Below, one piece after another: positions 1 to 7,700 of a DNA stretch of 24,000 nt. Origin of the DNA: Bacteroidota bacterium (GTDB lineage: Bacteria > Bacteroidota > Bacteroidia > AKYH767-A > OLB10); contig JANLUX010000070.1 of assembly GCA_031363705.1 (NCBI GenBank), positions 1-24,000 of the forward strand, given 5' to 3'. Every line of letters starts with the position of its first letter. The first letter of the stretch is position 1. Below the pieces are notes generated by a model, which worked only from the letters and a program-made list of their open reading frames with translations, was not told the DNA's origin and did not search any database. The translations under genes were made by a program, and so were the position numbers.

Positions 1-639
1 GTAAGTACATCACAGGATCAACAGGAGAATTATGAAAAGAGCGAGCTGAAAAAATTTCACCTTGGAAGATATGGCGAACTGAATGACATTATTGAATTGT
101 ATGAAATCAACGAAGTGATTTTTTGTTCCAAAGATCTGGCATCCCAGGAAATCATCAATCAAATGTTACTTACTAACCAGAGTAATGTTGAATATAAAAT
201 TGCTCCGCCTGAAAGCTTATACATTATAGGAAGCAATTCAATTAATGAGCGAGGTGATCTTTACCTGGTAGATATACAAAGCATCAATAATCCTGTTAAC
301 AGGCGTAATAAGCGTTTGCTTGATCTCGTTGTTTGCATTACACTCTTACCGTTGACACCCTTATTATTGTTTAGTTTGAAATCTCCGCTTGGATATATAA
401 AAAACTGGTTGAATGTATTTGTTGGAAATAAAAGCTGGGTTGGTGTTTCCCATAACAAATCGAATGCACAAATGAAATTCCGCAGAGGAGTATTAACTCC
501 GCTGGATATTTTTAATGATTCTATTAAAGATGCAACAGTACAGGATCGTTTGAATGCGCTTTATGCAAAAGAATATAAAGTGTATAATGATGCGAAAATA
601 ATTTTTAAAGGGTGGAGAATGTTGGGGAGAGATATATAA
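1..639 (+). CDS. sugar-transferase-related membrane protein, C-terminal part (5' end lies outside the window)
   Basis: Frame 1 has no stop from nt 1 to the TAA at 637-639. The TTG at 97 used by the ORF track is therefore probably internal, and the CDS is truncated by the window edge. NKRLLDLVVCITLLPLTPLLLF resembles the N-terminal membrane helix of bacterial sugar transferases (PF02397 type). NWLNVFVGNKSWVGV resembles their LPQLxNVLxGxMSLVGPRP motif. The catalytic segment normally found between the two appears to be absent. Confidence 0.5.
   Translation, partial: VSTSQDQQENYEKSELKKFHLGRYGELNDIIELYEINEVIFCSKDLASQEIINQMLLTNQSNVEYKIAPPESLYIIGSNSINERGDLYLVDIQSINNPVNRRNKRLLDLVVCITLLPLTPLLLFSLKSPLGYIKNWLNVFVGNKSWVGVSHNKSNAQMKFRRGVLTPLDIFNDSIKDATVQDRLNALYAKEYKVYNDAKIIFKGWRMLGRDI
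607..630 (+). repeat. copy A of a 24-nt direct repeat bracketing the ParE-type TA cassette
   Basis: aaagggtggagaatgttggggaga here matches aaagcttggagaaagttggggaga at 1270-1293 at 21 of 24 positions. Copy A encodes KGWRMLGR followed by two codons and a stop, which is the real C-terminus of the 1-639 CDS. Confidence 0.6.
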
Positions 640-689
640 AGACTTCAATATCTATCGGTCGTTCAGAAGGAAACTATAAGGAAAAAATC

Positions 690-697
690 TAATTTTG
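690..697 (+). promoter_or_regulatory. candidate Bacteroidota -7 promoter box (TAnnTTTG) for the TA operon
   Basis: TAATTTTG lies 14 nt upstream of the ATG at 712. It matches the Bacteroidetes sigma-A -7 consensus TAnnTTTG. Confidence 0.35.
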
Positions 698-711
698 TAT
701 AAAGAATTATA

Positions 712-936
712 ATGACTACAGTAACAATAACACTTGAAAATATTAAAGAAGCTAACCTCCTTATTCAGATTGCAAAAAAATTGGTATCAGTAAAATCCAT
801 CACATCAGGAAAACGTAATGTAGCATTGAAAGGAACCCCGATGGATTTAAAAGAGTTCCGGAGTATGATCCATGCCTCAGAGAAAAGTGGATTCATTTCC
901 GTTGACAAGCTCGATGCAGCAATAAAAAAATGGTAA
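712..936 (+). CDS. putative antitoxin partner of the ParE/RelE-family toxin
   Basis: 74-aa ORF with an ATG start. Its stop (TAA 934-936) overlaps the ATG (930-932) of the downstream toxin gene, which is the typical type II TA arrangement. I recognise no specific family by eye. Confidence 0.55.
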   Translation: MTTVTITLENIKEANLLIQIAKKLVSVKSITSGKRNVALKGTPMDLKEFRSMIHASEKSGFISVDKLDAAIKKW

Positions 937-1262
937 CTGAAAAACCATACACCATTTTTTGGTCTAAGAATGCAATTGAAAACCTAAAAGATGTTTATGA
1001 ATATATAAAGCAAGGCAGTCCTCAAAACGCATTAAAAGTGACAGCAGAAATTATTGATATTTCAAAATCACTTATTCATTCGCCTTTTCGATTTGAAGAA
1101 TGTGAAGAACTTAAAACAATAAATAAAATATACCGGAAGGCAACTTACACTCCTTTCAAAATAATTTATAAAGTCAAAACAAAACGAATAGAGATATTGG
1201 CTGTCTTTCATTCTAGTCAGCATCCAAAAAAATTAAAAGCACTCAGGAAAATTAAAGTATAG
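930..1262 (+). CDS. type II toxin-antitoxin system RelE/ParE-family toxin
   Basis: 110 aa. The N-terminus (YTIFWSKNAIENLKDVYEYIKQGSPQNALKV) and the C-terminal IEILAVFHSSQHP follow the ParE / plasmid-stabilisation-protein pattern. The gene overlaps the upstream small ORF. Confidence 0.8.
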   Translation: MVTEKPYTIFWSKNAIENLKDVYEYIKQGSPQNALKVTAEIIDISKSLIHSPFRFEECEELKTINKIYRKATYTPFKIIYKVKTKRIEILAVFHSSQHPKKLKALRKIKV

Positions 1263-1269
1263 GTATGAA

Positions 1270-1293
1270 AAAGCTTGGAGAAAGTTGGGGAGA
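1270..1293 (+). repeat. copy B of the 24-nt direct repeat (relic of a gene 3' end)
   Basis: Begins 7 nt after the ParE stop (TAG 1260-1262). In its own frame it reads KAWRKLGR, then two codons, then a stop (TAG 1300-1302). That is the same spacing as copy A. Confidence 0.6.
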
Positions 1294-1306
1294 ACTCTTT
1301 AGTTGA

Positions 1307-2080
1307 TTAAACTTTTGTATTCATTGCTCTCAATCTCAATGCTGTCAAAACCTTTTTTGTTTCTGCAGGAAAATCACCTTTCATCATCCAGTCAAAAAAG
1401 GAAGGTTCTTTGGCAAAAACCTCTGCAACTGTTTTGCCTTTGTGTTTACCGAAATTAAATATCTCTTCTTTTTTCTCGTTGTAAATCATGCGTCCTGCCA
1501 AATCAACATTTTGATTCATACTGGTAAACTCATGCAGGAAATCCATATCGCATTTTAAATTTTCATAACGTTCAAGCTGCGCGGCAAACACTTCGTATGT
1601 TGCAATGATGTCCGCTTCTGCACTGTGTGCCTTTTCAATTTCCTTATTGCAATAAAATTTATAAGCAGCAACAAGCGTGCGTTGTTCCATCTTATGAAAA
1701 ATATTTTGCACATCAATCATTCTTCTGCCTTTCATTTCAAATTCAACTTCTGCACGAAGAAACTCATCTACCAACATAGGAATGTCAAACTTGTTGGAAT
1801 TATATCCTGCCAAATCTGCATTACCAATGAACTGATAAATCTCCGGTGCAATTTGTTTGAACGTTGGTTCATTTGCAACATCCTGATCATAAATCCCATG
1901 AACCTTTGATGCTTCAGCAGGAATGGGTTTTTCCGGGTTTACTCTTTTAGTATAAACCTGCCTTGTTGTATCAGGCATCAGTTTCAAAATACTGATCTCT
2001 ACAATACGGTCAGCACCGATGTTAACACCCGTAGTTTCCAGGTCAAAAAATGCAAGGGGTTTTGTAAGTGTGAGTTTCAT
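1307..2080 (-). CDS. DEDDh (DnaQ/epsilon-like) 3'-5' exonuclease with a C-terminal DUF3820-like domain
   Basis: 257 aa. ExoI motif FFDLETTG, ExoII-like GYNSNKFDIPML and ExoIII motif HSAEADI are present. The C-terminal FGKHKGKTVAEVFAKEPSFFDWMM resembles the DUF3820 tail seen on such exonucleases. ATG start at 2080-2078. Confidence 0.85.
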   Translation of the reverse strand: MKLTLTKPLAFFDLETTGVNIGADRIVEISILKLMPDTTRQVYTKRVNPEKPIPAEASKVHGIYDQDVANEPTFKQIAPEIYQFIGNADLAGYNSNKFDIPMLVDEFLRAEVEFEMKGRRMIDVQNIFHKMEQRTLVAAYKFYCNKEIEKAHSAEADIIATYEVFAAQLERYENLKCDMDFLHEFTSMNQNVDLAGRMIYNEKKEEIFNFGKHKGKTVAEVFAKEPSFFDWMMKGDFPAETKKVLTALRLRAMNTKV

Positions 2081-2352
2081 TAATTAAAAGAATAGGAGTA
2101 TTGATTTTCTGTTCCAAGGATTTGTTCCAAATGAAACACATCATCGCAATTTTTAAATATAATTATTTGTCCGTTTGAAATATGCCAATCATTACGCTCA
2201 CTTGTGCTTAATTTTCTGATAGAAGGAAAAAAGCTTAACGGAACTATTACAAGTCGTCCATCTTCAAGATAAACACTCATCTTACCTTTTTGATCAAAAC
2301 GAATTGTTTTTATCAAAGGCTTTTGATTAGCTATTCCTTCTTTATTTTTCAA
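2080..2352 (-). CDS. DUF2442-like small protein
   Basis: 90 aa. IKTIRFDQKGKMSVYLEDGRLVIVPLSFFPSIRKLSTSERNDWHISNGQIIIFKNCDDVFHLEQILG follows the DUF2442 pattern (FPrL..at..qR.nw.i...G..i.W...D.d.s.e.ll). The start is a TTG, with an in-frame stop two codons upstream. Its stop overlaps the exonuclease ATG by 1 nt (TAATG). Confidence 0.6.
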   Translation of the reverse strand: MKNKEGIANQKPLIKTIRFDQKGKMSVYLEDGRLVIVPLSFFPSIRKLSTSERNDWHISNGQIIIFKNCDDVFHLEQILGTENQYSYSFN

Positions 2353-2378
2353 ATTCTAATTAGACAATTTTCTTTTTA

Positions 2379-2726
2379 TTAATCCTGAATATCCAGCGCT
2401 GCTCTTAATTTTTCGTTTAATTGTTTCAATGTGTTTGAGCTGACAATTCCGAGTTCTCCCGTAAAAATACTTTTATTTAGCATGATTAATTTATCTGCTT
2501 TAATTACTGATTGTTTCTTTAATCCCGATTTACTGAAATCTTTATTTGTTTTATCAATAACCAAATCCGTTTCTGAAACAGGTTCAGGAATTACTGAGGA
2601 AATGAAAGCAAGAATTACATCATCTTTTTTTTCGTTCGATTTTGAGACAACAATTGCAGGTCTGCGTTTAGAAGATTTTAAATTAGTAAAAGGAAATTTG
2701 GTTAACACAATTGTGCCACGTTTCAT
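2379..2726 (-). CDS. type II toxin-antitoxin system PemK/MazF-family toxin (endoribonuclease)
   Basis: 115 aa. MKRGTIVLTKFPFTNLKSSKRRPAIVVS followed by ILAFISS and SVIKADKLIMLNKSIFTGELG is the PemK/MazF signature. The ATG overlaps the upstream gene's stop (ATGA). Confidence 0.85.
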   Translation of the reverse strand: MKRGTIVLTKFPFTNLKSSKRRPAIVVSKSNEKKDDVILAFISSVIPEPVSETDLVIDKTNKDFSKSGLKKQSVIKADKLIMLNKSIFTGELGIVSSNTLKQLNEKLRAALDIQD

Positions 2727-2953
2727 CGTTTGTACTTTATTTTTAAGTCATCATCAGTATAAATATTCTCCATTTTATTTTTCAAAAAATCAAACGATTT
2801 GCTTCCTGCTGCTAATTGAGCAAGTTCATCAGTTGAAACATCATCATAATTTTCTTCCAGAAAAGTGATAATCACTTTCTGAGGAGCGTTTATGTCTATT
2901 TTATCAATTAACGTAAACTTTTTCCCATCGTATAATGCTCTTATGCTTAACAT
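2723..2953 (-). CDS. putative antitoxin (DUF104/AF2212-like N-terminus) of the MazF-family toxin
   Basis: 76 aa. MLSIRALYDGKKFTLIDKIDINAPQKVIITF resembles the 'M..I.A.Y.nG...P' antitoxin family. It has an acidic C-terminal tail and a 4-nt ATGA overlap with the toxin gene. Confidence 0.65.
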   Translation of the reverse strand: MLSIRALYDGKKFTLIDKIDINAPQKVIITFLEENYDDVSTDELAQLAAGSKSFDFLKNKMENIYTDDDLKIKYKR

Positions 2954-2985
2954 TCCTTTTGATTGTTGAATTTAATTTTGGTATT

Positions 2986-2993
2986 CAAAGCTA
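2986..2993 (-). promoter_or_regulatory. candidate -7 promoter box (TAGCTTTG on the minus strand)
   Basis: caaagcta on the plus strand reads TAGCTTTG on the minus strand. It lies 32 nt upstream of the antitoxin ATG at 2953. Confidence 0.3.
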
Positions 2994-2997
2994 AGAA

Positions 2998-4626
2998 TTA
3001 TTCTTTCTCCATAAATGGATAACGATAATCTGTTGCAGGAACAAAGGTTTCTTTAATCGTTCGGGGAGAAACCCAACGCAACAAATTAATCATCGAACCT
3101 GCTTTATCATTTGTACCTGATGCACGTGCTCCGCCAAATGGCTGCTGACCAACAACTGCACCTGTGCATTTATCGTTGATGTAAAAATTTCCTGCCGCAT
3201 GAACTAATCTTTTTGTTGCGTATTCAATTGCGTAGCGATCCCGTGCAAGTATAGCACCCGTGAGCGCATAAATACTTGTGCTATCAACTACATCACAAAT
3301 TTCTTCAAACTTATTTTCATCATACACATACACAGTAAGCACCGGTCCGAATAACTCTTCACACATCGTTACATACATTGGATCTTTTGTTACTATAATA
3401 GTTGGCTCAATAAAATATCCTTTTGACTTATCATACTTACCTCCTGCAATTATCTCTACCTGCGAATTATTCTTTGCATCATCAATATAAGAAGCCAGTT
3501 TGTCAAAAGATTTTTCATCAATCACTGCATTAATGAAATTTGAGAAATCTTCTGCAGGTCCCATTTTCATTGATTTCAAATCAGCAAACAAACCATCTTT
3601 AATTCCCGGCCATAAATTAGATGGAAGATAAGCACGTGATGCAGCACTGCATTTCTGCCCCTGGAATTCAAAGGCTCCGCGAGAAAGTGCAGTAACAACT
3701 TCAGCCACAACTGCTGTAGGATGTGCGAGAATAAAGTCCTTACCACCTGTTTCTCCAACAATACGTGGATAGGATTTATACTTCGCAATATTATTTCCAA
3801 TCGTTTTCCAGATATCACGAAACACTCCTGTTGAACCTGTGAAATGGATTCCTGCAAAATCAGGATGATTAAAAATCACTTCTCCTGCAACAGTTCCTGA
3901 AACGTACATTAAATTAACTACTCCAGCAGGAAGACCTGCTTCCATAAAAACTTCCATCAATACACGTGCTGCATAAATCTGTGTGTTGGCAGGTTTCCAC
4001 ACTACTGTGTTACCCATCATTGCAACTGAAGTTGGAAGATTACCACTGATAGCTGTGAAATTAAAAGGAGTTAATGCAAATACAAATCCTTCCAGCGGAC
4101 GCTGCTCAATTCTGTTATAAACTCCTTTGGAGGAAATAACCTGTTGTGCATATATTTCTCTTGCATATTGCACATTGAAACGCAAAAAATCTATCATTTC
4201 ACATGCTGCATCAACCTCTGCCTGGTAAACATTCTTACTCTGACCAAGCATTGTCGCAGCATTAATTTTTGCGCGATAAGGACCACTTAATAAATCAGCA
4301 GCTTTCAAAAAAATAGAAAGCCTTTGTTCCCATTCCATATCAGCCCATGCTTTCTTTGCTTTCAATGCAGCATCAATTGCAGCTTGTACATGGCTTGCAT
4401 CGCCAACAGAATATTTTCCAAGCAAATGATGGTGATCATGTGGCGGACGCAGTTCACCTTTTTTGTTTGTATGAACAGCCTTGCCATCTATATACATTGG
4501 TATATCAGCAACTTCTGCTCGCATTGCTGCAAGGGTTTTTTTTAATTGTTTTCTTTCAGGACTTCCGGGTGCATAATTCAAAACTGGTTCATTAACAGCT
4601 ACCGGAACATTATAAATTGCATTCAT
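2998..4626 (-). CDS. pruA: L-glutamate gamma-semialdehyde (1-pyrroline-5-carboxylate) dehydrogenase
   Basis: 542 aa. The N-terminus (VPVAVNEPVLNYAPGSPERKQL) is typical of ALDH4-type P5CDH. Aldehyde dehydrogenase motifs present: FALTPFNFTAI, VGETGGKDF, and the catalytic Cys in GQKCSAASR. Confidence 0.93.
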   Translation of the reverse strand: MNAIYNVPVAVNEPVLNYAPGSPERKQLKKTLAAMRAEVADIPMYIDGKAVHTNKKGELRPPHDHHHLLGKYSVGDASHVQAAIDAALKAKKAWADMEWEQRLSIFLKAADLLSGPYRAKINAATMLGQSKNVYQAEVDAACEMIDFLRFNVQYAREIYAQQVISSKGVYNRIEQRPLEGFVFALTPFNFTAISGNLPTSVAMMGNTVVWKPANTQIYAARVLMEVFMEAGLPAGVVNLMYVSGTVAGEVIFNHPDFAGIHFTGSTGVFRDIWKTIGNNIAKYKSYPRIVGETGGKDFILAHPTAVVAEVVTALSRGAFEFQGQKCSAASRAYLPSNLWPGIKDGLFADLKSMKMGPAEDFSNFINAVIDEKSFDKLASYIDDAKNNSQVEIIAGGKYDKSKGYFIEPTIIVTKDPMYVTMCEELFGPVLTVYVYDENKFEEICDVVDSTSIYALTGAILARDRYAIEYATKRLVHAAGNFYINDKCTGAVVGQQPFGGARASGTNDKAGSMINLLRWVSPRTIKETFVPATDYRYPFMEKE

Positions 4627-4649
4627 AAATTACATTGAATTTGATGTCA

Positions 4650-4657
4650 CAAAATTA
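4650..4657 (-). promoter_or_regulatory. candidate -7 promoter box (TAATTTTG on the minus strand) for pruA
   Basis: caaaatta on the plus strand reads TAATTTTG on the minus strand. It lies 23 nt upstream of the pruA ATG at 4626. Confidence 0.35.
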
Positions 4658-4690
4658 ATCAAATTGAGTGAGGCTTTTAACGTAGAAATT

Positions 4691-4752
4691 GTCATGCTGA
4701 GGTACGAAGCATCTCTGGATATGTTGCGAGATGCTTCGTACCTCAGCATGAC
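4691..4752. repeat. perfect 25-bp-arm palindrome (REP-like hairpin, probable transcript terminator or stabiliser)
   Basis: gtcatgctgaggtacgaagcatctc (4691-4715), a 12-nt loop (4716-4727), then gagatgcttcgtacctcagcatgac (4728-4752), which is the exact reverse complement. It sits 10 nt downstream of the helicase-nuclease stop and upstream of the pruA promoter box. Confidence 0.9.
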
Positions 4753-4762
4753 AAAAAGAAAC

Positions 4763-7700
4763 CTATACCTCCACAATCTTACATTCAGCTGTGTAAAGTA
4801 ATAATGCTTTTACATTTTTAAAGCCTGCCTCTTTCAAAATATTTTTGTAATCTGAAATTTGACGGTCATACGATTTATCTTCTGCTCCTGTCTTATAATC
4901 AAGAATTATTGTTTCCTCATCATTAAACATCAACCTGTCAGGTCGAAAAAGATTCTTGTCAGAAAAAATATCCGATTCATTTCTTACTGCAAATTTCCCT
5001 GTGAACCATTCATGCTTTTTAACAGCCTGAAAAATATTTTCAATAGATGTTTTAACTTTTAACAATATTTGTTCATCCAGGATAAAAATATTTTTTGCCT
5101 TATTCAATGCTAATTCCAAATCATTTTCAGTAATGATAAATGAAAGTATTTTGTGAAGTATTTTTCCGTACTCGATAAATGAAGAGGAATATTCTTTGTT
5201 TGTTTTGATGCCAAGTTTACTCTGCCATGCATGAATAGGAAATTCAGCTATTGTGAATGGTTCTGGATGAAAAATATCTGCTTTAGTTGCTGAAACTTCT
5301 TTTCTTTCCTTTTTAATCTCTTTTCCTAAAACCAAAACTTTTTCACGCTCATTATAACATTCGTTCCAGGCATCATTTCTTTCAATTGCAAGAAGAATTA
5401 ACTGACTGATCTTACTTATCTTTTCTGTTTTTAAAAATGGTGTTGTTATATACAGTCTTTCTGCAGCACGTGTAAATGCAACGTAAAGCAAATTGAGATT
5501 GTCAAGATAATATTGCTGAATTTCTTTTGTATAATGTTCGTTAAAAAATGTATGCTCCAATGCTTTACTGAACAGCACGGGTATATCATTACAATTATCA
5601 TAAGGCGATTCATTGCTCGAAACCCAAAGTAATTCTCCGGCTTTTGGTTTTAACGACCAATCGCAATAAGGCATCAGCACAACAGGGTACTGCAATCCTT
5701 TTGATTTATGAATAGTAATTATTGTAATTGAATCACTTTGCTCGGGAGTAATCACTGAAAAACTTTTTCGTTCTGCATTTTCATCCCACCAGTTTACAAA
5801 GCTTAAACTATCATTAGGATTTTTCTCACTGTATTCTAAAATCACATCCTGCAATCGTTGTAAATAAGCATCAGGATTTTTATTCAGATCAAAAAGTTTT
5901 ATCAATTGTTCAGTGAGGTCATAAACTGGAAGTTGTAAAAAATATTTACTCAGCGCAAAATAAGAAGGCGGCAAATATTTCTGGAACAAAGAATCTTTTT
6001 CAAAATCATAAGAAGAAAATATTTTATCCAATTCATCCTTAGATATTTTTTCTTTGGCGGCAAAGTATAACATCTCTTTACGTTCCAACACATTTTCCTG
6101 ATCATGCAAGTAACGGATTGCATTGATGATAAACTGAACTTGTGGTGCTTTATGAATCAGCAGCGAATCAGCAGAAACAATTTTATCAATTCCGTTATTG
6201 TATAAATATCTTGCGATCTCATTTCCTTCGTATTTCGTTCTAACCAGGATCGCAATATCGCCCCAACTATATCCATCATTCAAAAGCTGGTCAATGGTTG
6301 GAACTAACTTATTCAACGATTCCTGCTTCCATTTTGCATCATCCTCTATCTCTGAAATTTCTTTCTCATCAATGAAAGAAATATTTACATAACCATTCTC
6401 TTTTATTTTTTCAGGAGTGAGCTGCATTATTTCATCAGTCTGGTAGGCTGCTGCTATTAAATTATAGTCAGCATGTTCAAGTTCACGGATGATATCCGGC
6501 AACAATTGAAAAAAAGAATTATTAAATTCAATAACCTCCTTTGTGCTGCGATAATTAATATTCAATTTTCTTTCTTGTATCAAAGAAGCATACATTTTCA
6601 AATCATCTTTTATTTCCTGCTGAAGCAAATTCATATTGCCACCACGCCAACGGTAAATGGCTTGCTTAACATCACCAACTATCAAAGCAGAATTACCCGA
6701 AGCCAATGCGTTATTTATCAGTGGCAATAAATTTTTCCATTGTATATCGCTGGTATCCTGAAATTCATCCAGTAAAAAATGCCTGAACTTATTGCCTGTT
6801 TTTTCAAATACAAAAGAGGTATCATTGGTACCAACGAAATTTTTAATAAGAATGTTAGCATCTGCAATCGTTAGCAAATCATGCTCATCACGATAATCAC
6901 GAAAATGTTCTGCAAGCCTGGTAATAATACCTGCAACATAAATTAATTTTAATGCTTCGCAGGCTGAAGAGTAATGACTAAAGTTTGAGTTATGAAATTC
7001 AATATGCGCTTTAAGCAAGGGCTGTAATGTTGAATTAATCAATTCAAGCAATGCCTTATTTTGGTTTGATTTACTTAACCATGCATCCGCATTATCATGC
7101 GCTGCCATAACACGCACACCTGGCATAAATTCTTTTCCTGATAAATCTTTACGGGAAAGCTTTGACAAGTAACCGGCAACTCCACTCTTACCATAATTAA
7201 ATTCATCAATGACAAAGCCATGCTTTTCAATATTTGTATTAAACAATTCGCCATGCTTTCGAACCTGTTCTTCAAATTTTTTTCTTGCAGCCTTAAGCTG
7301 TAATGTTAAGACATTATAATCCGGTTCAACATTTCGTTGCTGCTTATAATATTCTTCCTTGAAAAGTTGCTGACCAATTTTTTTAAGCTCAGGTTTTATT
7401 TTCCATCCTTTATTATTTTCCAGTTTATCAAAAGCAAAAGATTGCAACCATGCAGTAAGCTTTTCATCTTTCCCGATTTCCCTTAATAATCTTTCGGTGA
7501 TGTCTTCATTGATAAATTCCTGATCTAATTCAATTTCAAAACGCAATGGCAATTTCATTTCATGCGCTAATGATTTTACAATTGAATTAAAAAAACTATC
7601 AATGGTTGTAACAGCAAAATCAGAATAATGATGCAGAATAAAATTCAGGCATTTTTGTGCCTGTTCCTGTATATTTAGTTTGGACAGCGAAGATTCTTTT

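Noticed and set aside
2431-2868. A 145-aa plus-strand ORF spanning the MazF and antitoxin genes.
   Set aside because: It is antisense to two genes with clear family signatures and an ATGA overlap. The translation is hydrophobic and low-complexity with no motif.
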